Shown piece by piece: positions 38,831 to 50,370 of a stretch of 64,000 bases of DNA. Positions within the stretch are counted from its first letter, which is position 1. Each line of letters starts with the position of its first letter. The notes under the pieces were generated by a model. That model worked only from the letters and a program-made list of their open reading frames with translations, made no database searches and was not told the origin of the DNA. Both the position numbers and the translations under genes were made by a program. This stretch comes from Vicugna vicugna (Eukaryota): NCBI GenBank assembly GCA_013265495.1, contig MU058636.1, positions 5,739,741-5,803,740 on the forward strand. Direction: 5' to 3'.

Positions 38831-39664
38831 GATAGATTCTTGTTGTTATTTCAGTCCTATTCCTAATCATTTTCACTATTCAGGCCCTAACTTTCAGTAT
38901 AATATAATTCATTTCCACCAAAAGTGTCCCTCACAAGCAGGGGTAGCAAGCATTTGCTGTCAAGAAAAGCATGAATTTTGAGCTGTGCTGATCCTTTTCA
39001 CAAGATCCTATGGTGACCAAAAGTAAGCATTTGCAAGACATCCAGCTGGATCAAAGGTGCAGGAAGAGAACCAGGCCAACAGGCCCCCAGGGGACTGAAC
39101 CCGCAGCCTCTCAAGCACTGTGGGCTCACGCACCGAGCACCTAGCGTTACACCCACGTGTTTCCTTGCTCATAGCAAAGTTTTAGGTGATTTCTCTCCAT
39201 TTTTGTTCCTGTGTCTAACCCCAAGTCTCTTTTTCTGCTAAGCTTCATTTTCTCTAACGTGCTTAGTAACTCAGCTCTGAACCCAAGTGCTTGCCGCTCT
39301 CACTCGCCCTTGCCTGGTTAGGAGCAGACACCCTCTGTTCCACTTGCCAGCCGAGTGCTCCAGGGGAGAGGACATTTCTGGGCAATCTGCCCGTGCAAGA
39401 CCCGAGTGCGCTACTTGAAGAGGAGCTTCCTTTAGTGCTCAGAAAACAACCCTTCCGGCCCTTTAAAGCCATCTCCTGCCCTATTTTCAAGTGAACTGGT
39501 AAGAAAAGAATGCCATATAAATATGGAACTGAAGTTCTAGAACCACTGGGCTGTTGAAACCCCATATGATCCTGATTATTTAATCTAGCCTCTGTTTCTA
39601 GATGGCTGGACACTTAAGTGCACTAGATCTAAATTGATGAGATTCTATCCTATTTGAAAAGACT

Positions 39665-39799
39665 CTCATGTGGGGTAAGGGGCATATGGAAAATCTCTGT
39701 ACTTTACCCTCAATTTTGCTGTGAACCTTAAATTGCTCTAAAAATATAAAGTCTTAAAACACAAATACACACACACACATACACACACACACACACACA
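39665..39799 (+). mobile_element. L1 (L1MB/MC-like) extreme 3' end followed by (CA)n
   Basis: atatggaaaatctctgtacttt...caattttgctgtgaaccttaaattgctctaaaaa. Confidence 0.75.
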
Positions 39800-42549
39800 G
39801 CAACCAATGTGATCAGAATGGAGGGACTAGAAGAAGGTTCCTAGAAAATAAAGCCAAAAGAAGTAATGTGGGCGGAAGAAAAAAAGGCTCTTAGGATAGG
39901 AGTTTCCTTGTTTGCCATGTGATAGACATCTTTTATGTTTGCTGGGCGGAACCTCAGTCTACTGTTTATCTCTCTTTGACTCATTTGTCAGATCTCAATG
40001 TAATCATAAACTCCCATGGAAAACCTTCTGTTCCCCATGTAGATTAATGGCCAAGTCATGCACTCATTTTACCCTGTACTCGTACATAACTCTCAACATG
40101 AATAAAATAGAATAATTTGATATTGTTTCCTTAATGCCTGTCTTCCTCCAATACGGGTGAGCTCCAGAGAGTCAGACCATGCTCATCTACTATGTCCCAA
40201 TGCCTGTTCCTGTGCCTGGCACTTATTAGTTGCTGAAAAAGGACTTGTCAAAAGTGTTTCCCCTTTGGGAGTGGCTCCTTCTCAGGCTGAGCTTCTCAGA
40301 CAAAGAATGCTTCTGCCGTGGTCAACCACCCGCAGTGAAGAGAGGTCCAGAGTATGGTCACCTCTCTATGACATAGAAGTAGCCATTTCAGAGCAGATTG
40401 CTGGTTCCATTCTAGTTTTTACAAACCCAGATATGGCTTTATGGCTTTCTCTGATCAAACTCTGCCTGTTGTAATGTTTGATGACCGTGACCATAATCTT
40501 TTATAGTTCAAGAACCTCTAATTATAATTAGATCAAAAAGACACTCTGTAGGTATTTTTTTCAACATTTCTAGAATCACGTCTAGAAAACAAAGTTTCTT
40601 GTGTTATTCTGAACAACATCTATTTGAGAACAATTTGTATCAAGTCATGTTAAAGTCTGACAGAGACAGAGTTGTGATGTATCAAATTTCCTTCTTTTTG
40701 CACTGGTTCTTTCAAAAATCTGATATGATGCTTGAAATTTAGTAGTTAATTGCTGTGATGACATTTAATCTGACGGTTCTACAAATGCAGTCAGCTATGG
40801 ATTATTGCTTGTTTCCATGCTTAGAAACTCAGTCTGTGTTCTGATGTGTACTTTACAATTTATTCTGAAGGTTTCTATTGTGTTTGCTTTCTCTTTTGGA
40901 AGTTTTGCAAAGGCCTTCTGGCCATGAATGAAGCTTCTGACCATGACATATTGGAGCCTGTAGAGATTGTAGTTCCTCTCCTTGAGAATGGAAAGCAACC
41001 TTGTTCCCTGTTCAGAGGAATTTAGGAGATTATTACAAATTCACCAGGCTTTATGAAATCTTTTTTTTATTTCCCTCCATATTTCTAAAGCCTTGCCTTA
41101 AGAGAGAGCAAATTTACATCATTTCATAAGAAAAAGAAATTCATCTCTGATGTGATGAATTATTGCCATCCTAGTATTTTCTGCCATGTTACCTTTTCCA
41201 TGAAGACCTCAAAAGGGCAGGCATGAAAGGTGTGGATTTGGGTGCGAAAAATGGATTTAACCACTCATAAACATATGATACCTCCCAGTCACAAGAGTAA
41301 GAACAGCAAAATCTAGTTGTATACACACTCAAGTTTGTTTGGTTCCTGGAAAACAAATAATTTACTAGCCTCCGTGACTCCAGAAGTGTTGTGTGTACGT
41401 ATACTTAGATATAGCTGTAGTCTGTCTCTTCCGATACCTGGGGGAAAAAATCTCTTTTATTCTGAACAGGATAGAGGTAAGAGAAGGGCATCTTTCACAG
41501 AATGACAGGAAGTTCACAGAAATCTATCTGGTCAAGTCCCTTCCATATATTTGGAGCACACATTTTCTATATGGCCCTAATAAGTGTATTTGATGTGCGT
41601 TAGGAGGTGCGTGGTGAGGGGAAGAAGTGAACAGAAAGGAATTCAATGCAGGTCCCAGCTCTCCTGGACTGTTTATGATCTGAGAGATTTTCCCAATGGG
41701 GACTTTTCCATTTCTGGGTCTTACATCCTTCAAAATATACATATCAAAAGCATCACATATTCCCTGTAGCAAAGCCTAAAGCAAAAATTCTCCCTTAAAT
41801 TGAGGCTTTTCACCTCTGACATAAGAAACCGTTAAATCCCTCACAGCTGCCTGCGGCAGTGGAATATTCTTCCACCTGCTGACTCGCTGAGCGATAAGAG
41901 GTGTCCCCTACTCTCAGCTCTTTTCCCAACGAAACATTAATTCAGATTTTCCCCTACTTCTCGTAAAGAACCCATAAAGCTTGACCACACAACAAAGAGA
42001 TACTCAAAAGCAAAGAAAATGATACTAAAATTGCATTTCTGTTTTTTCTCCTTTTTTTTTTTTTTTGGCAGTTTGTAAAGCCTCTTCTCAATGCTCACCT
42101 CCCTGAGCTATTTTCCTGAATTATCTCAAGTAAGAACGCTTTGTCCTGGCTTTGAACATTTTTCATCAAAAAGGGAACATTTTTTTTTTAAAAAGGTTGT
42201 CATAAATATTCTCCTAGGCATAAAATAGGCACTTACGAAAAGTGAAAGACACACTGGGTTTTTAACGTATGAGTTTCCTCCATATTTTAGAATCTTTCTT
42301 AAAATAAGTTGCTCAAGAGACCGCAGCTGCATTTCCACACCAGTAGCTCAGGAGTGTGCCCAGCAGCATTTAAGCAACAGGGTGAGGCAGGGCTCCTGGC
42401 CTTGCAGATGCATACCGGAGACGACTCTTGTGAAAAATTGCATTTGCTTTGCTTTCAGAGAGCCAAAGAATGTGATGAGGACTTCAACTTTTTCTTGCCC
42501 AATGATTTGGAAGTTTATAATTGTGGACAATGTGTGTATATGTAATATA

Positions 42550-42861
42550 CATACATACCTCCCTCGTTTAATTGTGCTTCGCTTCATTGTGCTTTGCAGT
42601 TTTTGTGGCCTTTTAGGTTTGTGGCAACCTTGTGTTGTCAGATGATGGTTACCATTTTTTTTTTAGCCATAAATATTTTTAAATTAAGGTTTGTTATTTT
42701 TAAAGATCTATTGCTATTGTGCACTTAATAGACTAGTGTAGTATAAATGTAACTTATACGTGCACTAGGAAACCAGAAAATTCGTGTGACTTGCTTCTTT
42801 GTGATATTCACTTTATCACAGTGGTCTGGGTCCAAATCCACAATATCTTAGAGATATGCCC

Positions 42862-42862
<1 letters not shown>
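42550..42862 (+). mobile_element. Non-autonomous Tigger1 derivative (TcMar-Tigger)
   Basis: Both Tigger1 ends are present (catacatacctc...ttgtgcttcgcttcattgtgc; gtggtctggg...caatatcttagagatatgccca), flanked by TA, with the interior deleted. Confidence 0.85.

Positions 42863-42914
<52 letters not shown>
42863..42914. repeat. (TA)n-(GATA)n microsatellite at the Tigger TA target site
   Basis: Directly visible. Confidence 0.9.
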
Positions 42915-42916
<2 letters not shown>

Positions 42917-45900
42917 ATTGGTTGCTCACATATATACTGTACATATGTAATATTCAGAGAGTTGTTACATTCTCTTTGCACTGGACTTTTCTGTTCTGTT
43001 CAGTGTGTCTTTTTTTTCCCTTCCTTTTGTCTGATATCTCAGGAAATGGAAGATGTCATTAAATTCATTAAAGGACAACTTCGTACACAGCAAGAATTGC
43101 CCAAACAATGTGGTAGGCCTTGTGGCCAAATTATATAGACATAAGGTGGTGGGGAAAAAGTGCTGGGTTGGCATCAAATAGAAGTAGATTTGAACAGAAC
43201 TTTAGCCCCTTTCTGATACTACGTTCTAGGGACAATTTGTTTAACTTTTATGAGCCTCAGTTTATATACAAAATAAAGCTAATAATTCTACCTTTATTAC
43301 AGGATTGTTTCAAAGGTTAGACCTAATATTTCTAAAATAACCAGCTTAATGGTTTGACCTAATGCTGATATAATCATAACAGCCCCACAGAAGTGTTGTA
43401 AGAGTGACTGTGCAGCTTTGGTGCATAAAAATATGTTTGTATGTGAACCTGTGAGAGCCACAGCTCGTGAGCATCTCATCCTAACTCTGATCCTCTGAGG
43501 TACAGGAGGATGTGTATCCACCACAGGGGGGCAGGTTGGTCCTGTAGCAGCTGTGATACGTGCTGCAGCTGGCAAGTGATAGAGAGCTCATAAGCAGCAG
43601 AAAACAGCGGTGGTACCTGCTGGCTTGCAAGCTCAGAGGAAGGCCTATCAGTCCCTGGGTAGCCTTAACCTAGGCCTCCAAGAACTCAGATCCAAAAGCA
43701 CGTTCTTAACAATGTGATTTCTCAAGAGAGGCTCCTTCATTACCTTCTACAAGTGTCTGACTTTACATACTCAGGCACTTGACAAATGCCTCAAATTTCC
43801 TATCACATATTCCTCCAACATGTATGAGGCACACACACAGATTGTCCCAGCCATTAGACTGGGCTTCCAACAAGCTGCGGATGAGTTCTAGACTCAGATA
43901 GCAACTCGGATAAATGCCAGTATTTGAGTATCCTATGCGGTTAGGCATGCTGTCACCTTAAGTCTTACTGAGAATGGAGTGGGGATATAAATCAATCAGT
44001 CAGTCAATTGATCAGTACATACCACCATCCAACCACACCAGGAACATCACTGTATACAGAGATGGGTGCTGAGCGTGAGCGTTCCCTATTCACCCTGCAT
44101 CCTCACAATCTTGACCCAGTACTCAGCAACAGCCTCCAGCCTCCTCCCCATTGCACAGCCTGTGGGTCCTGTGCCATCCCTCCTGGAGACCTTCTAAGAC
44201 TTTAGCTAAACCACAGCCTGCTTAGGTAGTGCTATGATAGCCATCCTAGCTTTTTCAGGTCTTTCCAGAGGGTAGATACCATTATCTGTTCTCTCAGTCA
44301 CTGACTAGAATCTGGCCGTGAATGCAGATATGCCAGAATCGCAACATATTTATTTCATTGTCCACAGTCTCTGTGACTTATATACTAGATATGAATTCCT
44401 AGTGCTGATGCTTCCTGAAATGATATCTATTCTTTGGATGTAATTTTGTCCTGAGCCTCAGCTCTGCCTTACAGAGGACAACAATCGCTGGTGTGCTTAT
44501 TCCCCCAGAACACGCACCTTGCTTTAGTGAGCAGAGCATTTCCTGATCTCCACTCATTAGGGCTTCCTGTTGGTCTGTGGTCCCTGCCTGACCTCAGCAG
44601 ACCTGAACTTGTCTTATTACAACACTGGGCAAATTAGGTATCTCTCTAACCAGCTGTATATAAAATTTCTAATAATACCATTATCACATATGTAATGTTT
44701 AGCTTGCAGACTCCAGGTGGCTTTCCCTAACCACCAAAATATCCCATCTTCAATGAGTTTAAGTCATCATCACTAAATGCTTCTATGACACATTTTACAT
44801 GTCCCCCTTGCTGCATTTCTTCTTTGTTTTGTCGTCATTTGTAAGTCATTCCTCTTAGAGGGTAAGTTTCTGAAGCACTCACCTTTATGTCTCCAATTCT
44901 AAACACGTAGTAGGTACTTAATGAATGTTCATTAAACAAATGGATGAATAAGGTGCCTCTCAGCTCTCAAACTTCAGAATTCTAGAATCTGTTAAATAAC
45001 TCATCTAATTCTGAAGTCAATAATATACCAAAAGGTAGAGTAAGGGATTACATACTCTTTGTCTCTTTTTTCCCAATGCTTTTTCCACAACAATAACTTG
45101 TTGCTCTGTCTTTGTTTTATTCATTTTAACAGCAAAAACAAAATAGATGCAGCTTGCACTTACTGAGCACTTGCTATTAGTGGCATATTACCCTGAGGGA
45201 TTTTACACATCGGCTCAGTTAATCTTCCTCCACATCCTCCCTTATTTCCATGTTTAGGAATAGGAGACAGTGTTGTTCCTTTTCTATCCATACCTAAGAG
45301 CCAGGACTTATTGCATGAGGGAGAAACATTCTCTTTCCTCAAGAGTCCTTGTGTAGAACTTCTTTTTCAGCTGATACTCTGTGCAGAATTCAATCCCTGA
45401 GCACACTTAACTTGTACTGTTCTCTCTTTCTGTACTGGAAGTAAACCAGAATCAAGAGATGTAACCAAGATGTGGATCTGGTTTATCTAACTTTATTGCA
45501 GAATAAGAATTCTGATCTTACTAGTGTGTCATAGCTAAAGCTATTACACTTTGACTTTAGTTGGCTATTCAGGGATGGAACAGGTTTCCAGTCCCTTTCT
45601 TTGGTGTCACGGGCATCAGGCATCTTTGAGCAGTGGCCATGTGAGTGATCAGGAAGAAGGAGGATGATCTTCATTCATTCAGTCAGATCATCTGGATCAA
45701 CCGTGGCCATCAGTAGGATGGCAAATACTGTAGACAGTTCAACCATCAAGCATAGTCTGCTGCCCTAATTAGAAGACTGAATTCCCCGTGTAACGGATAC
45801 CAAGTAATCTGATTCTTAACTTTGATCTGAATACACTTTACAAAGCCAGATTCAGAATCTTCAAACCAAAGATATTACGCACTAACTTAGCCCTAGAGCC

Positions 45901-46056
45901 CTAATGCAATTTTCTACCATGGGGAAATGACATCTTAGAAAACAGAATATAATTTGCCAGGAGTAACTCAAAGAATAAAAACTCTCATATTAGTATAAAG
46001 GTAGCAGATTGACTCGTTTGCCTTAATTTTGAGTTTTATTTTGAAACCATACTTAC

Positions 46057-46126
46057 ATACTTCCAAGCATAAAATCCATAAAAACTGTAAAATCAAGCTG
46101 AGTCTAGGCTGGAAAGAGGACAACAT
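46057..46126 (-). other. Candidate first coding exon with a signal-peptide-like ORF MLSSFQPRLSLILQFLWILCLEV
   Basis: aggATG at 46126, 23 codons + 1 nt, donor TAT|GTAAGT at 46056-46051, unique sequence upstream. Protein not recognised. Confidence 0.3.
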
Positions 46127-47879
46127 CCTTTCCCCTGACGACAGGCATCGTTGGGGAGCTCTTGTAAAATATGGAGTGAGATGGACCACTGTTGGATAGC
46201 AACAAATAGCTTAATTTTGCTGTTGTTTGGATTTATAAAATATGGAAAGCCTAGGCAGCTTTGGTTTTGGTGAATAATGACAACCTTGTTCCCCTAAAGC
46301 AGCTTTTCACACAGCGGGCTCCAGGAAGGAGCTTCTCTGCAGAGCATAACTCATCTCTGCAGAGCAGAGCAAGAGCAGGCAGAGGAGGGCGTCAGATTCA
46401 GGTGAATGCATTAAGCTGTCTTCTAAATAAAATACTTGCGCTCATTAGTGCTAGGAAAAACCCCATGCTCCAAAACCTCAGCTTCATTTTCGGTCTTGAA
46501 CATCAAACTTGTAATCTTTGCTCCTCATTTGCATATTTCCCCCAAAGGATTAGACTTTGGATCTGAGAATTCCCTGCCCTTTACAATCTCAGTACTTGTA
46601 ACCCATTCATCAGTTTAAATCTGGAAAGGGCCTCTACTATCAAAAATAATAGTGAAAATGAAAAAACGCGTCTGTGTTACAGTACTAGTGATGATGGTAC
46701 TCCAAAGTATCTCACAGGCACTGGGCAACCTTCAGTAGTCACCAGCTATGGCCAAAGTTTGAATCGCATCGACCATCACATATACGACGTTTAGCCTACA
46801 AACTGCAATGACCGAAAGCTGCTAAAACCCCTTCCCTGTCCCCCTGCCACGTATCTTATTATCAATTGTCATTCAAAATCCGTGAATAAATAACACTAAG
46901 TGCTTCTTCATTTTCCCTCTACTTTAATTTTTGTTTTCTGATTAAAGGAAGCCAAAACACTATCTGGTTTACACAAATCCAAATATTATCTGTAAGCAAA
47001 TTTAATGAACTTATCCCTGTATATGGGCACTCTTTCTTACGTATGAAAAACAGTAAGCTAAAATGTATTTATATAAACACATTGCAGTTGTCATTCATTT
47101 AGAGTAAAAGTTCGGCCCAGCATATAAAAGCTATATTGAAAGAGTTAGATGTGCTAAATAACTTGAACAAAAGAAACTTTGCTAACTGTTAATAAAACTA
47201 GAAAGGATACAGACTCAAAGTTGAGATTTGTGTCCTCTCTGCAACACGGCAATATTTTAAACAAGATAATGCCACTTCCTCCCCTTCAATAAACAGCGTT
47301 TAGTTCTGTAGTCACTCTGTAAGCATTCTACAATTGAGCTTATAAATAGTATCTACCATCTGTTGCCCAGACTTATGAAATTCTTACCAATGTCTCTTTA
47401 GGATTGAAATTTCTACCATTTTTTTTCCCTTCCCCTGGAACAAAACTATAAAGGTAACATGCTTGCATAGACTTGTAGAATTTTGTAACAAGGACGAGAA
47501 TAAACTAAAAAATCTTTGTGATAATTTATTTTCAGCAGTTGTATTAATAATGTTTTTCTGATTAAGTACAATGATTATGCTTTTCCAAAGGAAAAACTCA
47601 ATGAATATTTTTTAGCCCTAGTTTAACCCAAATAATTCTTTATCTGGAGGCAACTCCAGATGATTCGTTTAGAATTACCAAGATTTTATATATGTGTGTA
47701 TGTGTAATATATAACTATATATATGCTTCCAGAGCACTCACATATTTCATTTTGACTACCAGCACTTTCTTTGATCATAAACTAATGACTTCTGATTTAA
47801 TCATTGTGCCAGGCCCATATATTCAGATAATGTTATCATTCAAAGTGAGTAAGTACATTGGGAAATTTTCCCTTTTCCA

Positions 47880-48525
47880 TTTTTGTATTAAGGTGTAATT
47901 TACACACAGTAAAAATAACTCATTTTAGTGTATAGTTTCTGTGAGTGTTGACAGATGTGTACAGCCATGTCCCACTACCACAATCAAGAGTGGGTTGGTT
48001 CTATAATCCCCCCAAAATACCCCATGGACTTTATAGTCAACCTGTCTCCCCACTCCCAGCACTTAGCAACCGCAGATGCTTTTTGGACCTGTAGTTTTGT
48101 CTTTGAAAGACTGTTACATAATTGGTATCTCAGAGGATGCAGCCTTTTAAGTCTGTCTTCTTTCACTTAGAAAAATGTATCTAAATTAATCCACATTCTT
48201 TCATGAATCAGTAGTCCACTCCTTTTTATTGGTGAGTTGTATTCCATTGTAAAAATGTACCACAATTTGTTTATCCATTCTTCAGCTGAGGGATATTTAG
48301 GCTGTTTCCGGTTTGGGGTGATGACAAATAAACACCAAAAAAACCCCAAAAAACCCCATTCGTGTATAAGTTACTGATTGAATGTAGGTTTTCATTTCTC
48401 TTGAGGTGAATACTTAGGAGTAAGACTGCTGGGTCATGAGGTAAGTATACGCATGTGTTTCTAAGAAATTCCCAAAGTGTTTTCCAAAATGGTGAAACTA
48501 TGTTTCATTCCCACCAGCAAAATAT
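47880..48525 (-). mobile_element. Old L1 (L1M) 3' fragment
   Basis: ORF2-end peptide (KQPKYPSAEEWINKLWYIFTMEY) and a 3' UTR starting tattaaggtgtaatttacacacagtaaaa. Confidence 0.88.
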
Positions 48526-49029
48526 GGGAATTATCAATGAGATTCTATGGTTTTAATAAAAATATCCATGACTCCATGTGCAACCAACTCAGTCTTTGAT
48601 TTTGAATGAATAAGATTTTTACTGCAAACAAAAAAATCAAATCACAATGAAACCAACTTTATTTGCTCATTAGTTGAGTGTTTTCCCTTGAGCTAACTTT
48701 TTCAGTTTCTAGAATTCTACTTGATTTGAAAGATTATCTTATTTAAAGTCTATGAGTGGAACCTGTTGCAGATTTTTTTGTCTTCAAAAAAGAAGCAGTG
48801 CCCAGTTTCCCTGGCACTTGGAAGAGTGACCCTTTCTTCTTATACTTTGAATATATTAGGTTAAGTCCAGTTGAGGTATACAGAATATGAAAAACAGAGC
48901 ATTCTAAAAAAAATTAGAGTAAAGATTCTGCAGCCTGTAAAGAATCAGACTACATCTGTTTTGCAACTCCCTCTGCCCTACTTCTTAGCCACCCAAACTG
49001 GACTCTTAGTCACAAGTTTTAAAAAGTAA

Positions 49030-50195
49030 CTGCTTTGTTATAATTCATATGACTTAAAATTCAGCATTACAAGGTGTACAATTCAGTTAGTTTTAGTGTA
49101 TTAACAGAGTTACATATCCATCATTACTAGTTTTAGAATATTTCCACCACTCAAAAAGAAACCCCATACCAATTAGCAGTCATTCCCCATTCCTTTTTCC
49201 CCAGGCCCTGGAAATCACTAATATACATTTTATCTATGAATTTGCCTATTCTGGACTTTTTATATAAATGGAATCATATGGTGTGTCACCTTTTATGTTG
49301 GCTTTTTTCACTTAACATAATGTTTTCAAGGTTCATCCATGTAGCAGTATGTAGCATTACTTTTTATAGCCAAATAAAATTCCATTGTGCAGCTGCACTA
49401 CATTTTGTTTATACAGTCATCAGCTGATGATTATTTGAGTTATTTCTATGAATAATGATGCTCTGAGGATTCAGGTATAAAATTTTCTGTGGCTATTAGG
49501 TTTACATTTTTTTTGAGTATTTACTAAGGAGTAGAATTGCTAGGTCATATGATAACTCTTCAACATTTTGAGGAATTGCAAAACTGTTTATCCACAGTGG
49601 CTGTACTAATTTACTATCCCACCAGCAAAGCATGACAGTTCCAATTTCTTTATATCCTTGTCAACACTTACTGTCTATCTTTTTTTTTTTTTAATTTTAG
49701 ACATCCTGGTGGGTACAAAGTGGTATCTCATTGTGGTTTTGATGTGCATTTCTGTAATGACTTACAACGCTGAGCTTCCTTTCATGGGTTCATTGGCTTT
49801 TTACATATCTTCTCTGGAGAAATGTCTGCTCAAGTTCTTTACCCATTTGTAAATTAAATTATTTGTGTTTTTAGTGTTAAGTTTTGGAGTTCTTTATATT
49901 GCCTAGATAGAACTTCCTTATCATGTATACATAATTTGCAAATATTTTCTCCCATTCTGTGGTTATCTTTTTACTTTCTTTATGGAAACTTCCTTTGAAG
50001 TACAAAAGGTTTAGATTCTGATGAAGTTCAACTTATCTTTTTTTTTTGTTTTTTACTTTTGTCACTTTTGCTTTTGGTATCATATCTAAGAAAAAAAAAA
50101 TGGCCTAACGCAGGGTCATGAAAATGTGCTCCTATGTTTTCTTCTTAGAGTTTTAAAGTTTTAACTCTTACACTTAGTCCTGTGATTCATTCCTT
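49030..50195 (-). mobile_element. L1 (L1MB-like) 3' fragment
   Basis: tctatgaatttgcctattctggac...gtggtatctcattgtggttttgatgtgcatttc...cttctctggagaaatgtct. Confidence 0.92.
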
Positions 50196-50341
50196 GTTCA
50201 CATTTATTTATTTATTTATTTAAAAAGCAAACTACATATATTGCTTCTGCATTTCTCATTATCCACATTGGCGTTTGCTGATAAGGATGGTCAGACTTAC
50301 CTATTTGATGCGCTATGTGGTTTAATTCACTACCAACTTAC

Positions 50342-50370
50342 TTCTGCTTTGAAAATGTCATCTGTTCTAT
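50342..50370 (-). other. Candidate 29-nt micro-exon (an alternative donor gives 70 nt, to 50301)
   Basis: Branch-like TACTGAC, then ttgctttccttcatcgaacAG. Donors GAA|GTAAGT (50341-50336) and TAG|GTAAGT (50300-50295). Confidence 0.35.
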
